From an uncultured bacterium (lineage in GTDB: Bacteria > Margulisbacteria > WOR-1 > CAVSGV01): 32,000 nucleotides of DNA. Below are positions 14,600 through 22,402 of this stretch, in pieces; position 1 is the first letter of the stretch, and every line of letters starts with the position of its first letter. Under the pieces are notes generated by a model. That model had not been told where the DNA came from. It searched no databases and was given only the letters and a program-made list of their open reading frames with translations. Location: the NCBI GenBank assembly GCA_963699255.1, contig OY969425.1, positions 1,260,001-1,292,000 of the forward strand, read 5' to 3'. A program made the position numbers and the translations under genes.

Positions 14600-15092
14600 G
14601 CTTTGACGACGGGTATGAGAACTTCAAACCTTTGATCTCCCCCTCGGTCGTCAGATAATAGACGTCGCTTCCCTCCTGCCTTCTCACTTTGTTATCAAGG
14701 AATTCGTAAGTGATGCTGCCGATGACGAGTTTGTCCGGGCCGGAGCCGGCACTTGCGCCGCTGCTCTGCATGATATCCGACGATATCCTGCCGGCCGTGA
14801 ACCTGGCCGCCTGAGCTGAACTGGTAAGGTCTGTGGACATGAACATCAATTTGATCGAGGAAAAAGCAAAATAAAATATCGATACGCTTATGGCGGCGAT
14901 CAGCGCCGTGGCTATCAGCAATTCGATAAGAGTGAACCCTTTAGAAGAGCTATAGGAGCTAGAAGTGGTAGAGGTGGATAGGTTTAGAGGTAAAGAAGTT
15001 TTGACATCTCGAACCTCTATACTTCTATGCCTCTTATCCTCTTCTTCCTCTAGCTCTTCTAGCTCATCTTTTATTAGCTCCTCTTTTTTCAA
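14532..15092 (-). CDS. GspJ/PilW-like minor pseudopilin with 52-aa leader
   Basis: The class-III signal KG|FTLIELLIATALIAAISV comes after MKKEELIKDELEELEEEEDKRHRSIEVRDVKTSLPLNLSTSTTSSSYSSS. The TTG start overlaps the stop of the upstream gene (TTTGA). It is third in an H-I-J-K-like order. Confidence 0.65.
   Translation of the reverse strand: MKKEELIKDELEELEEEEDKRHRSIEVRDVKTSLPLNLSTSTTSSSYSSSKGFTLIELLIATALIAAISVSIFYFAFSSIKLMFMSTDLTSSAQAARFTAGRISSDIMQSSGASAGSGPDKLVIGSITYEFLDNKVRRQEGSDVYYLTTEGEIKGLKFSYPSSKLVRIDITPKYGGDYYLDVYARN
14942..15066. repeat. Purine-arm/pyrimidine-arm palindromic module A (paralogue of module B)
   Basis: TAGAAGAGCTA (14942-14952) is the exact reverse complement of TAGCTCTTCTA (15051-15061). 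A second register pairs GAGCTAGAAG (14956-14965) with CTTCTAGCTC (15056-15065). The interior is imperfectly self-complementary, for example TAGAGGT / ACCTCTA. Confidence 0.85.
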
Positions 15093-15451
15093 AACCTGCT
15101 CCTCAAAGTGTTCAGTTCGATCTTATCCCTGACCGTTATCGATATCCTGTCGTTCCCGGCCGAATTGACCATGATAAGCCCTTTGCCGTTGTCAAAGGCC
15201 GTGTTGTTGTATGAGAGCAGGGCGCCGAAATCCTTGCTGCGCAGGTCTTCCATGACGCTCTTAGAGGCAAATAGCGATCTTGTAAGTTGTCTTGAGGCTG
15301 CTACTTGTTTGACGGCGACAGCGGCCATGAACACGAACGAGGCTGCAAAAATACAGATGATGGAAGAAGCGACCAGGACTTCAACTAAAGTGAAGGCTTT
15401 GGATATTGATCGCACCGGCCATTGCCGGTCCTGTTTACAATTATTATTCAA
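15089..15451 (-). CDS. GspI/PilV-like minor pseudopilin (start TTG 15451 or GTG 15415)
   Basis: The class-III signal is SKA|FTLVEVLVASSIICIF. A GTG at 15415 would give a conventional 7-aa leader (MRSISKA). At ~110 aa the protein fits GspI/PilV size. Confidence 0.65.
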   Translation of the reverse strand: MNNNCKQDRQWPVRSISKAFTLVEVLVASSIICIFAASFVFMAAVAVKQVAASRQLTRSLFASKSVMEDLRSKDFGALLSYNNTAFDNGKGLIMVNSAGNDRISITVRDKIELNTLRSRF

Positions 15452-15986
15452 CCCTTATCCTGCCTCTTGAGGAAACGACGATCTTTTTGGCCGTTGGCTG
15501 CGCGCCCAGCAGCACCGTGCCGCTGCCGCCGACATCCGTATTTCCGGAGGGTGCAAAACTGAAATAGCTTTTACCGTAGAACTGCGTGTCATTGCCCGCT
15601 GTCACTGACCTGTACAGGCTTGTTCCTTTCATTATATTGTACTCATTCTTCCCCGCCTTGAACTCTATCCTGCAGGTCTGGGATGACGCGCAGGCAAGCT
15701 GCTGGGTCAGTTTTACGTCGGAAACCACCTGGTTAACGGCATTGCTGTACTCCAGTGAGGTTGTGAATTTTTTAAAACCGACTACGGATATGGCCATCAA
15801 AAAACTGACAATGACAAGAACGATCAAGACCTCGATAAGGGTGAAAGCTTTAGAAGAGCTAGAGGAGCTATAAGCGGCAGAGGTAGAGAGGTTAAGAGGT
15901 TGAGACGTTAAGACGTCTTGCCCTTCTTCTCCTCTACACTTCTCCCCCTCTTTCACCTCTAGCTCTTCTAGCTCCTCTATTTTCAC
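15444..15986 (-). CDS. GspH/FimT-like minor pseudopilin with 47-aa leader
   Basis: The class-III signal SKA|FTLIEVLIVLVIVSFLMAISVVGF comes after MKIEELEELEVKEGEKCRGEEGQDVLTSQPLNLSTSAAYSSSSSS. The GTG start at 15986 lies 12 nt after the panC stop, and those 12 nt are GAGGAGCTAGAA (the SD). Confidence 0.65.
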   Translation of the reverse strand: MKIEELEELEVKEGEKCRGEEGQDVLTSQPLNLSTSAAYSSSSSSKAFTLIEVLIVLVIVSFLMAISVVGFKKFTTSLEYSNAVNQVVSDVKLTQQLACASSQTCRIEFKAGKNEYNIMKGTSLYRSVTAGNDTQFYGKSYFSFAPSGNTDVGGSGTVLLGAQPTAKKIVVSSRGRIRVE

Positions 15987-15998
15987 TTCTAGCTCCTC
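15851..15998. repeat. Purine-arm/pyrimidine-arm palindromic module B
   Basis: TAGAAGAGCTAGAGG (15851-15865) is the exact reverse complement of CCTCTAGCTCTTCTA (15956-15970). GAGGAGCTA (15862-15870) also pairs with TAGCTCCTC (15990-15998). Over the first ~55 nt it is roughly four-fifths identical to module A by hand alignment. Confidence 0.9.
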
Positions 15999-16841
15999 TT
16001 ATTCTATGACGATATTATCTATCAATCTTGTCCTGCCGATGTACGCGGCCACTGCGATCAAAGTTTTTCCTTTGACCGACTTTTTCTCTTCGAGCGTCTT
16101 TGGATCGCATATCGATATGTAGTCGATCTTAAGTTTTGAGGTCTTCATCAATTTTGATATCGCGGCTTTGATCCTGGCAGCGCTTTTGACCCCCGATGCG
16201 GCGAGCGTTTTCGCGAACTTCAGCGCTCTGTTTATTACGAGGGCCCTCGATATTTCTTCTTTGCTCAGGTAGGAATTCCTTGAACTCATCGCGAGTCCGT
16301 TCTTCTCCCTTACCGTTGGCATTGAGACGATCTTCACATCCATGTTCAGGTCCGCCGCCATTCTCCTGATAATGACCAGCTGCTGAAAATCTTTCTCGCC
16401 GAAGTAAGCGGCGTCAGGCTGCACTATATTGAAGAGTTTCGCGACGATCGTCGCGACGCCTTTAAAATGCCCCGGCCTGGACGCTCCGCAAAGCTTATCT
16501 GACAGGCCTTTGACCTCGATATATGTGCCGTAGCCCTCCGGATACATCTCTTTAGCGGACGGGCAAAAGACCGCATCAACGCCGCTTTTTGAGAGAAGCG
16601 TGATGTCCCCCTTAATGTCCCTGGGATATTTCTTCAGGTCCTCCCTCGGCCCGAACTGGGTCGGATTGACGAATATGCTGACCACAACAGCGTCATTTTG
16701 TTTTTTCGCTTCCCTGACCAGGGAGATGTGGCCGTTGTGAAGATATCCCATTGTGGGGACCAGGCCGATGGAGCGGTTCTTTTTCCTTAGATCATAAGAA
16801 AGCCTCTTCATCGCCCTGACGCTTTTTATGATCTTGATCAT
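15999..16841 (-). CDS. panC: Pantoate--beta-alanine ligase
   Basis: GLVPTMGYLHNGHISLV...VVSIFVNPTQFGP.EDL..YPR matches PanC. I take the ATG at 16841 (MIKIIKSV) as the start rather than the track start at 16877. Confidence 0.95.
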   Translation of the reverse strand: MIKIIKSVRAMKRLSYDLRKKNRSIGLVPTMGYLHNGHISLVREAKKQNDAVVVSIFVNPTQFGPREDLKKYPRDIKGDITLLSKSGVDAVFCPSAKEMYPEGYGTYIEVKGLSDKLCGASRPGHFKGVATIVAKLFNIVQPDAAYFGEKDFQQLVIIRRMAADLNMDVKIVSMPTVREKNGLAMSSRNSYLSKEEISRALVINRALKFAKTLAASGVKSAARIKAAISKLMKTSKLKIDYISICDPKTLEEKKSVKGKTLIAVAAYIGRTRLIDNIVIE

Positions 16842-16988
16842 TTCTATTTGCCGAAGTATCCCCTGGCCATGAGCCATAAAAGAACAGCAAGCGCTACGGA
16901 GAACACTTTAAGGAGCAGATTATTGAATATCAGCGACCTGAAAAGGACTTTCATGACGGCACTATTTTATACCCGCGGAGGGATTACT

Positions 16989-19202
16989 TCAATTGAGAAT
17001 GTCTTCAGTGTATCCGCAGGCTTCGTTGACGCACAGCTTTTTCGCTTCGCTCTTTGTGCGTTTCTCCACCAGGATCCCGCCGCACTTGGGGCATTTTTCT
17101 TCCAGGGGCTTGTTCCACAGGGCGAATTTGCACTTCGGATAATTGCTGCAGCTGAAAAAGATCTTGCCTCTCTTTGATTTCCTCTCAACGATGTCGCCGC
17201 CGCACTGGGGGCATTTGATCCCCGTGGATTTCAATATCGGCTTTATGTTCTTGCATTCGGGGTATCCCGAGCAGGCGAGGAACGATCCGAACCGGCTGCG
17301 CTTCATGACCATCGGCTTGCCGCATTTTTCGCAGACCTCTTTCACTTCTTCCGCTTCCTTGCTCCCCGGCAGCGGCTTCGTGTTCTTGCACTTTGGATAT
17401 CCGGAGCACGCCATGAAGTCCCCGAACCTGCCGGACCTTATCATCATGGGCTTGCCGCATTTTTCGCAGATCTCGGTGGTCATTATCTCCTTCTTGATCT
17501 TTTCCATCCCTGTTTCCGCTTCCTGCAGCGACTTCTCGAACGGGCCGTAGAATTCCCTGAGCACCGACACCCAATCTACAGCTCCTTCAAGGATCTGGTC
17601 CAGTTTGTCCTCCATGTTCGCGGTGAATTCCACGTCCATTATCACGGGGAAGTGCTTCACGAGCTGCTCATTTACGGTAACGCCAAGCTCGGTAGGCTTA
17701 AGCGCCTTCCCTTCCTTCTCCACATAGCCCCGGTCCTGTATGGTCCCTATGATAGGTGAATAAGTGGAAGGCCTGCCGATACCTTTTTGCTCCAGTTCCT
17801 TGACGAGCGAAGCCTCGGTATATCTGGGCGGCGGCTGGGTGAAATGCTGGTTCGGAGTGATCTTAATCAGGTTCAGCTTCTGGCCTTCGCTCATTTCAGG
17901 GAGTATCCCCTCTTTCTCCTCTTCATCTCCTTCGTCATGCCCTTCCGTGTATACAGCGATGAAGCCGTTGAATTTTATTATCGAGCCGTTCGCCCTGAAA
18001 ACATAGCTACCGGCGGAAATATCCACCGCTGTCTGGTCGAGTACGGCCGATTCCATCTGTGAGGCGATGAACCTGTTCCAGATCAGTGTGTACAGCTTTA
18101 ACTGGTCCTGCGTCAGGCTCTTCGCGATGTCGGACGGCTTCTTGTCGAAATACGTCGGCCTTATGGCTTCGTGGGCGTCCTGGGCTTCTTTCTTCGCCTT
18201 GTATATCCTTGGTTCCTTGGGGACATAGTTCTGGCCGAAATCCCGCTCTATCAGCGCCCTTGCACCGTCCTGGGCTTCCTTGGCGACCCTTGTCGAATCC
18301 GTTCTCATGTAAGAAATAAGACCGGTCGTTGCGCCCTCCTCCAGCTCTATGCCTTCATATAACTGCTGGGCGATCACCATGGTCTTCTTCGTGGAATATC
18401 CGAGTTTCCTGTACGATTCCTGCTGCAGGGTGGATGTTGTGAAAGGCGGCGAAGGATTACGGCGCTGCTCCTTCTTTACGATCTTTGTAATGACGAAGTC
18501 TTTTCCGCCGAGCTCGCTTAATATGCCGTCCGCCGCTTCCTTGTTCGGTATGACCACTTTTTCGCCGTCTTTTGACAGAAGCTTTGAAGTGAACGTCTTA
18601 TCCCCGTCGGTTGAAAGGTCCGCCTCTATTGACCAGTATTCCTGCGGAACGAATTTCTTTACCAGCTCTTCCCTCTCGCAGATCAATCTCACCGCAACAG
18701 ATTGGACCCTGCCGGCGGAGAGCCCTTTCCTGATCTTTTTCCAGAGGAGCGGGGAAAGCTTGTAGCCCACTATCCTGTCGAGGATGCGCCTCGCCTGCTG
18801 GGCATCCACGCGCTTCATGTCTATCTCCCTGGGATTTTTTATAGCGTTAAGAACGGCGTTCTTCGTTATCTCGTTGAATTCAACGCGCTTTACTTTTCCG
18901 TCGCCGCCAAGTACCGCGGCAAGATGCCAGGCGATCGCCTCCCCTTCCCTGTCCGGATCGGGCGCCAGATAGACCATTTTCGCTTTTTTGGCCGCCGCCG
19001 CCAGAGCTTTTACCGCTTTTTCTTTTCCCTTGATGATCACGTATTTCGGTTCGAAGTCCTTTTCGATGTTCACGCCTATGTTCTTCTTTGGAAGGTCCCT
19101 TATGTGTCCTCCGGAGGCGGTGACCGAATAGTCAGGACCCAGGAATTTTTCCAGCGTTTTCGCTTTTGCGGGCGACTCAACTATAACAAGATTTTTCTTC
19201 AA
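16989..19202 (-). CDS. topA: DNA topoisomerase I with four C-terminal Zn-ribbon repeats
   Basis: LVIVESPAKAKTLEKFLG marks the TOPRIM domain and SYMRTDS is the active-site Tyr region. The C-terminus has CEKCGKPM...CSGYPKCKN x2 plus two further CxxC...C ribbons. The start is a TTG 6 nt after AAGGAGG. Confidence 0.97.
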   Translation of the reverse strand: MKKNLVIVESPAKAKTLEKFLGPDYSVTASGGHIRDLPKKNIGVNIEKDFEPKYVIIKGKEKAVKALAAAAKKAKMVYLAPDPDREGEAIAWHLAAVLGGDGKVKRVEFNEITKNAVLNAIKNPREIDMKRVDAQQARRILDRIVGYKLSPLLWKKIRKGLSAGRVQSVAVRLICEREELVKKFVPQEYWSIEADLSTDGDKTFTSKLLSKDGEKVVIPNKEAADGILSELGGKDFVITKIVKKEQRRNPSPPFTTSTLQQESYRKLGYSTKKTMVIAQQLYEGIELEEGATTGLISYMRTDSTRVAKEAQDGARALIERDFGQNYVPKEPRIYKAKKEAQDAHEAIRPTYFDKKPSDIAKSLTQDQLKLYTLIWNRFIASQMESAVLDQTAVDISAGSYVFRANGSIIKFNGFIAVYTEGHDEGDEEEKEGILPEMSEGQKLNLIKITPNQHFTQPPPRYTEASLVKELEQKGIGRPSTYSPIIGTIQDRGYVEKEGKALKPTELGVTVNEQLVKHFPVIMDVEFTANMEDKLDQILEGAVDWVSVLREFYGPFEKSLQEAETGMEKIKKEIMTTEICEKCGKPMMIRSGRFGDFMACSGYPKCKNTKPLPGSKEAEEVKEVCEKCGKPMVMKRSRFGSFLACSGYPECKNIKPILKSTGIKCPQCGGDIVERKSKRGKIFFSCSNYPKCKFALWNKPLEEKCPKCGGILVEKRTKSEAKKLCVNEACGYTEDILN

Positions 19203-19225
19203 ACATTCCTCCTTGGATAAACTTA

Positions 19226-19301
19226 GGAACCTGAGAATAAATTCTCGGTTCCAGCTTATTAGAACCTCTCGATTGGAACCGCGACTTTAGTCGCGGGTTC
19301 C
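19226..19301. repeat. Doublet of bulged GGAACC...GGTTCC hairpins in inverted orientation (REPIN-like)
   Basis: H1 (19226-19252) is GGAACC-T-GAGAA-TAAA-TTCTC-GGTTCC. H2 (19275-19301) is GGAACC-GCGAC-TTTA-GTCGC-G-GGTTCC. The single-nt bulge is on opposite sides in the two hairpins, which lie 22 nt apart. Confidence 0.85.
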
Positions 19302-19382
19302 AGTTTTCGAGTTAAAAAACTTACGAATACTATCAGATATGTATCTGATGTGTCAAATAGGATAAAAGATCAGGCCGCGTGT

Positions 19383-21098
19383 TCAGGTCCTGCCGAACAT
19401 CTTTTCCAGGTCTGATCTTGATATCCTGACAAGCGTGGGACGCCCGTGCGGGCAGGTAGTGGGATTGCCTGTCGCGTAAAGTTCTCTCACAAGGCCGTCC
19501 ATTTCATCATAGGAAAGCCTGTCCCCGGCTTTCACGGCTGCTTTGCAGGCCATCATTTTCCATATGGCTTCCCTGCGTTCGTCAACGGCCTTTATCTTGA
19601 ACGACGAACTTAGCTCGGATAGTATCCCGGAGATAGCGGAATCGATATCCCGGGTCTTAAGGGCCGCCGGCATTCCCCTTACAAGGACAGTGTTCTTTCC
19701 GAACGCTTCGATCTCAAACCCGAGATCAGATATTTCTTTCAGGTTTTCGGAGATCAAGGTGAATTCTTTTGGTTCGATCTCCAGGGTTTTTGGTATAAGA
19801 AGGTTCTGGGTCCCGGCAATTACCTTGTTCTTTATCTTCTCATACATTATCCTCTCGTGCGCCGCATGCTGGTCGATAAGTATCAGGTCCTCACCCTTAG
19901 CCAGTATTATATATGTAAGGTTAAGTTGAAATAATGGTCCTGTTTGGTCATTGGTTCGTTCATTTGTAGTTGGAAATTGAGAATTAATTGGAAATTGGTT
20001 ATTGGTCATTGGCAGCTCTTCAAGTATCTTCATCATTTCAGGCTTCCAGTTTTGATCCTGGCTGAACTGCCCTCCTCCGTATGTGCTGGATCCCTGCTTT
20101 AATCCGACCTCTGAAAGCGCCGCTGATACGGACGAGGTGATCGCCCTCATGGCGACATCAGGCCTGGAGAACTTGATCTCTCTTTTTGTCGGATGGACGT
20201 TAACATCGATATCCGCCGGATCTATGTCAACGAATATCACCGCGACCGGATATTTATCGCCGGGGATGAGCGTCCTGTAGGCATCCTCAAGAGCCCTTGA
20301 TAAAAGGGCGTTCCTGACGAACCTTCCGTTAACAAAAAACGACTCTCCGTACCTGTCGGATTTTGTTATGACAGGCTGCGTAGTATACCCATGAATTTTC
20401 AAATCTCTAATCTCCGATCTCTCATCTCCTATTTTAATCATCGCCTTAGCCATATCGGCCCCGTAGACCGACGCGACAGCATCAAGCAGATTACCGGACC
20501 CTACCGAAGACAGGACCTCCCCGCCGTCGCTCTTGAGGCTGAAAGAGATCTGCGGGTTCGACAGTATGAATTTTGAAACAATGTCAACGATATGGGAAAG
20601 TTCCGTTGTCTTGCTTTTCTGGAATTTAAGCCTGGCGGGGGTATTGAAAAAAAGCTCTTCGACCGTAACGGATGTGCCCACAGGGGCCCCAGCGCTTTCC
20701 TGGGACCTTATCTTTCCGCCCTCCACCTTGATCCTTGTCCCGTTCGATCCGCTTTCGTTGGTGACCAATTCGAATCTGGAAACGCTGGCGATGCTCGGAA
20801 GCGCCTCGCCCCTGAAGCCCAGCGTCCTTATTGAAAAAAGGTCATCTGCGTTCTTCAGCTTGCTTGTAGCGTGCCTCTCTATCGAGAGTTTAGCGTCTTC
20901 AGGATCCATCCCAGAGCCGTCGTCAGTGACTTTGATGGATTTTCTCCCGCCGTCGGAAACTTCTATCGATACTCTCCTGGCTCCCGCATCGATCGAATTC
21001 TCCACAAGCTCTTTTACAACAGAGGCGGAGCGTTCAATGACCTCTCCCGCGGCTATTTTTGAGACCAGCGTTTCTTCAAGGATTATTATCTTGTTCAT
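19383..21098 (-). CDS. mutL: DNA mismatch repair protein MutL (endonuclease-type)
   Basis: LVSKIAAGEVIERSASVVKELVENSIDAG marks the GHKL ATPase domain. DQHAAHERIMYE is the endonuclease motif, and CPHGRPT lies at the C-terminus. The ATG at 21098 overlaps the aroA stop (ATGA). Confidence 0.95.
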   Translation of the reverse strand: MNKIIILEETLVSKIAAGEVIERSASVVKELVENSIDAGARRVSIEVSDGGRKSIKVTDDGSGMDPEDAKLSIERHATSKLKNADDLFSIRTLGFRGEALPSIASVSRFELVTNESGSNGTRIKVEGGKIRSQESAGAPVGTSVTVEELFFNTPARLKFQKSKTTELSHIVDIVSKFILSNPQISFSLKSDGGEVLSSVGSGNLLDAVASVYGADMAKAMIKIGDERSEIRDLKIHGYTTQPVITKSDRYGESFFVNGRFVRNALLSRALEDAYRTLIPGDKYPVAVIFVDIDPADIDVNVHPTKREIKFSRPDVAMRAITSSVSAALSEVGLKQGSSTYGGGQFSQDQNWKPEMMKILEELPMTNNQFPINSQFPTTNERTNDQTGPLFQLNLTYIILAKGEDLILIDQHAAHERIMYEKIKNKVIAGTQNLLIPKTLEIEPKEFTLISENLKEISDLGFEIEAFGKNTVLVRGMPAALKTRDIDSAISGILSELSSSFKIKAVDERREAIWKMMACKAAVKAGDRLSYDEMDGLVRELYATGNPTTCPHGRPTLVRISRSDLEKMFGRT

Positions 21099-22402
21099 GA
21101 TTCTACTATCAGGGGGCTTGCTGAAAGGCTGTTTATGATCGACGCGAATCCGGGAAAGGATGTTTCTATGCACTCTATTTTTTCGACCACGACCTTATCG
21201 GAGGCGGCCAGACCCGCTATTGCCGATATCATCGCTATCCTGTGGTCACCGTAGCTCTGGCATATTCCCTTTTTCAGTTTAGTCGGCCCGTATACAATGA
21301 TGCCGTCCCTTGCTTCCTCAATGTTCGCGCCCAGCCGCCTCAGCTCATGGACCGTCGTCTTTATCCTGTCGCTTTCCTTGAAGCGAAGCTCCTCCGCGCC
21401 CTTTATGACGGTCTTGCCCTTTGCCTGCGTCGCGGCAACAGCGATGACCGGGATCTCGTCTATGATCTTCGGTATTATGCTTCCGCTCAGCTCCGTCGCG
21501 TTCAGCTGGGAGAACCTGACGGATATGTCCGCCACGGGCTCGTTGGACAGTATCCTTTCGTTCCTGACTTCGATGCCTGCGCCCATCCTGTGAAGGACAT
21601 CGATAATGCCCGTCCTTCCGGGATTTACGCCTACGTCCCTTATCAATATATCCGATCCCGGAACGATGGATGCCGCGACCATAAGGAAAGCTGCGCTTGA
21701 AATGTCGCCCGGAATCGACACTTTTTTGCCGCTGAATTCATTTCCGCCCTCGATGGATATTTTTTTGTCCTCCAGTTTTATGGCGGCGCCGAAATATTCC
21801 AGCATCCTCTCGGTGTGGTCCCTTGTCGGCTCTTTTTCCACTACCGTAGTCGTGCCTTTAGCATACAGTCCGGCCAGAAGCACCGCGGATTTGACCTGGG
21901 CGCTCGCCATTGGCATTTCGTATGTGATCCCCTTAAGTTCCTTGCCAATTATGACAAGCGGAGCAAGATTATCCCTCTGCCTTCCGTGGACCACGGCTCC
22001 CATTTTCTTAAGCGGCTCCACAATTCTTCCCATGGGCCTTCTTCTTATGGTCTCGTCACCTGTCAGCGTTGAGTGGAATTTCTGCCCGGCAAGTATTCCG
22101 GCAATAAGCCTGATAGTGGTGCCCGAATTCCCGACGTCAAAGACGTCCGTGGGCTCGTGCAGGCCCATCAGCCCTTTCCCTTTCACGGTCACGGTGCCGT
22201 CCTCAAAGTCTATTTCAATGCCCATCTTCCTGAAGCAATCGATGGTCCTCATGCAGTCATCGGACCTGAGGAAATTCTCGATATTGGTATCGCCCTTCGC
22301 GATGGAGCCGATAATGACCGCCCTGTGGGATATGGACTTGTCTCCGGGAACCTTCACTTTGCCTTGAAGCTGTTCAGCCTGGTTTACGATGTACTTTTTC
22401 AT
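21095..22402 (-). CDS. aroA: 3-phosphoshikimate 1-carboxyvinyltransferase (EPSP synthase)
   Basis: KVKVPGDKSISHRAVIIGSIAKG...LGNSGTTIRL...RPMGRI matches EPSP synthase. The start overlaps the tyrA stop. Confidence 0.95.
   Translation of the reverse strand: MKKYIVNQAEQLQGKVKVPGDKSISHRAVIIGSIAKGDTNIENFLRSDDCMRTIDCFRKMGIEIDFEDGTVTVKGKGLMGLHEPTDVFDVGNSGTTIRLIAGILAGQKFHSTLTGDETIRRRPMGRIVEPLKKMGAVVHGRQRDNLAPLVIIGKELKGITYEMPMASAQVKSAVLLAGLYAKGTTTVVEKEPTRDHTERMLEYFGAAIKLEDKKISIEGGNEFSGKKVSIPGDISSAAFLMVAASIVPGSDILIRDVGVNPGRTGIIDVLHRMGAGIEVRNERILSNEPVADISVRFSQLNATELSGSIIPKIIDEIPVIAVAATQAKGKTVIKGAEELRFKESDRIKTTVHELRRLGANIEEARDGIIVYGPTKLKKGICQSYGDHRIAMISAIAGLAASDKVVVEKIECIETSFPGFASIINSLSASPLIVES

Noticed and set aside
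16844-16954. A 36-codon minus-strand ORF (MKVLFRSLIFNNLLLKVFSVALAVLLWLMARGYFGK) between topA and panC. It resembles the N-terminal TM helix of YbbR/CdaR-type proteins.
   Set aside because: It has no convincing SD and is only a TM-helix-length fragment. It could be a gene remnant or a chance ORF, and I cannot support it as a feature without homology searches.
19226-19301. The hairpin doublet acting as the intrinsic terminator of mutL.
   Set aside because: In the minus (mutL) sense neither hairpin is followed by a U-tract. The same clamp sequence recurs around tnpA, which favours a repeat-element interpretation. A role in mRNA 3'-end stabilisation cannot be excluded.
19945-20012. A 10-nt direct repeat TGGTCATTGG (19945-19954 and 20003-20012), plus duplicated TGGAAATTG, inside the MutL linker region (peptide PMTNNQFPINSQFPTTNERTNDQT). 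This could be a small insertion with a target-site duplication.
   Set aside because: The repeat spacing is 58 nt, which is not a multiple of 3, and the segment stays in frame. MutL linkers are naturally low-complexity and variable. Local slippage is a sufficient explanation.
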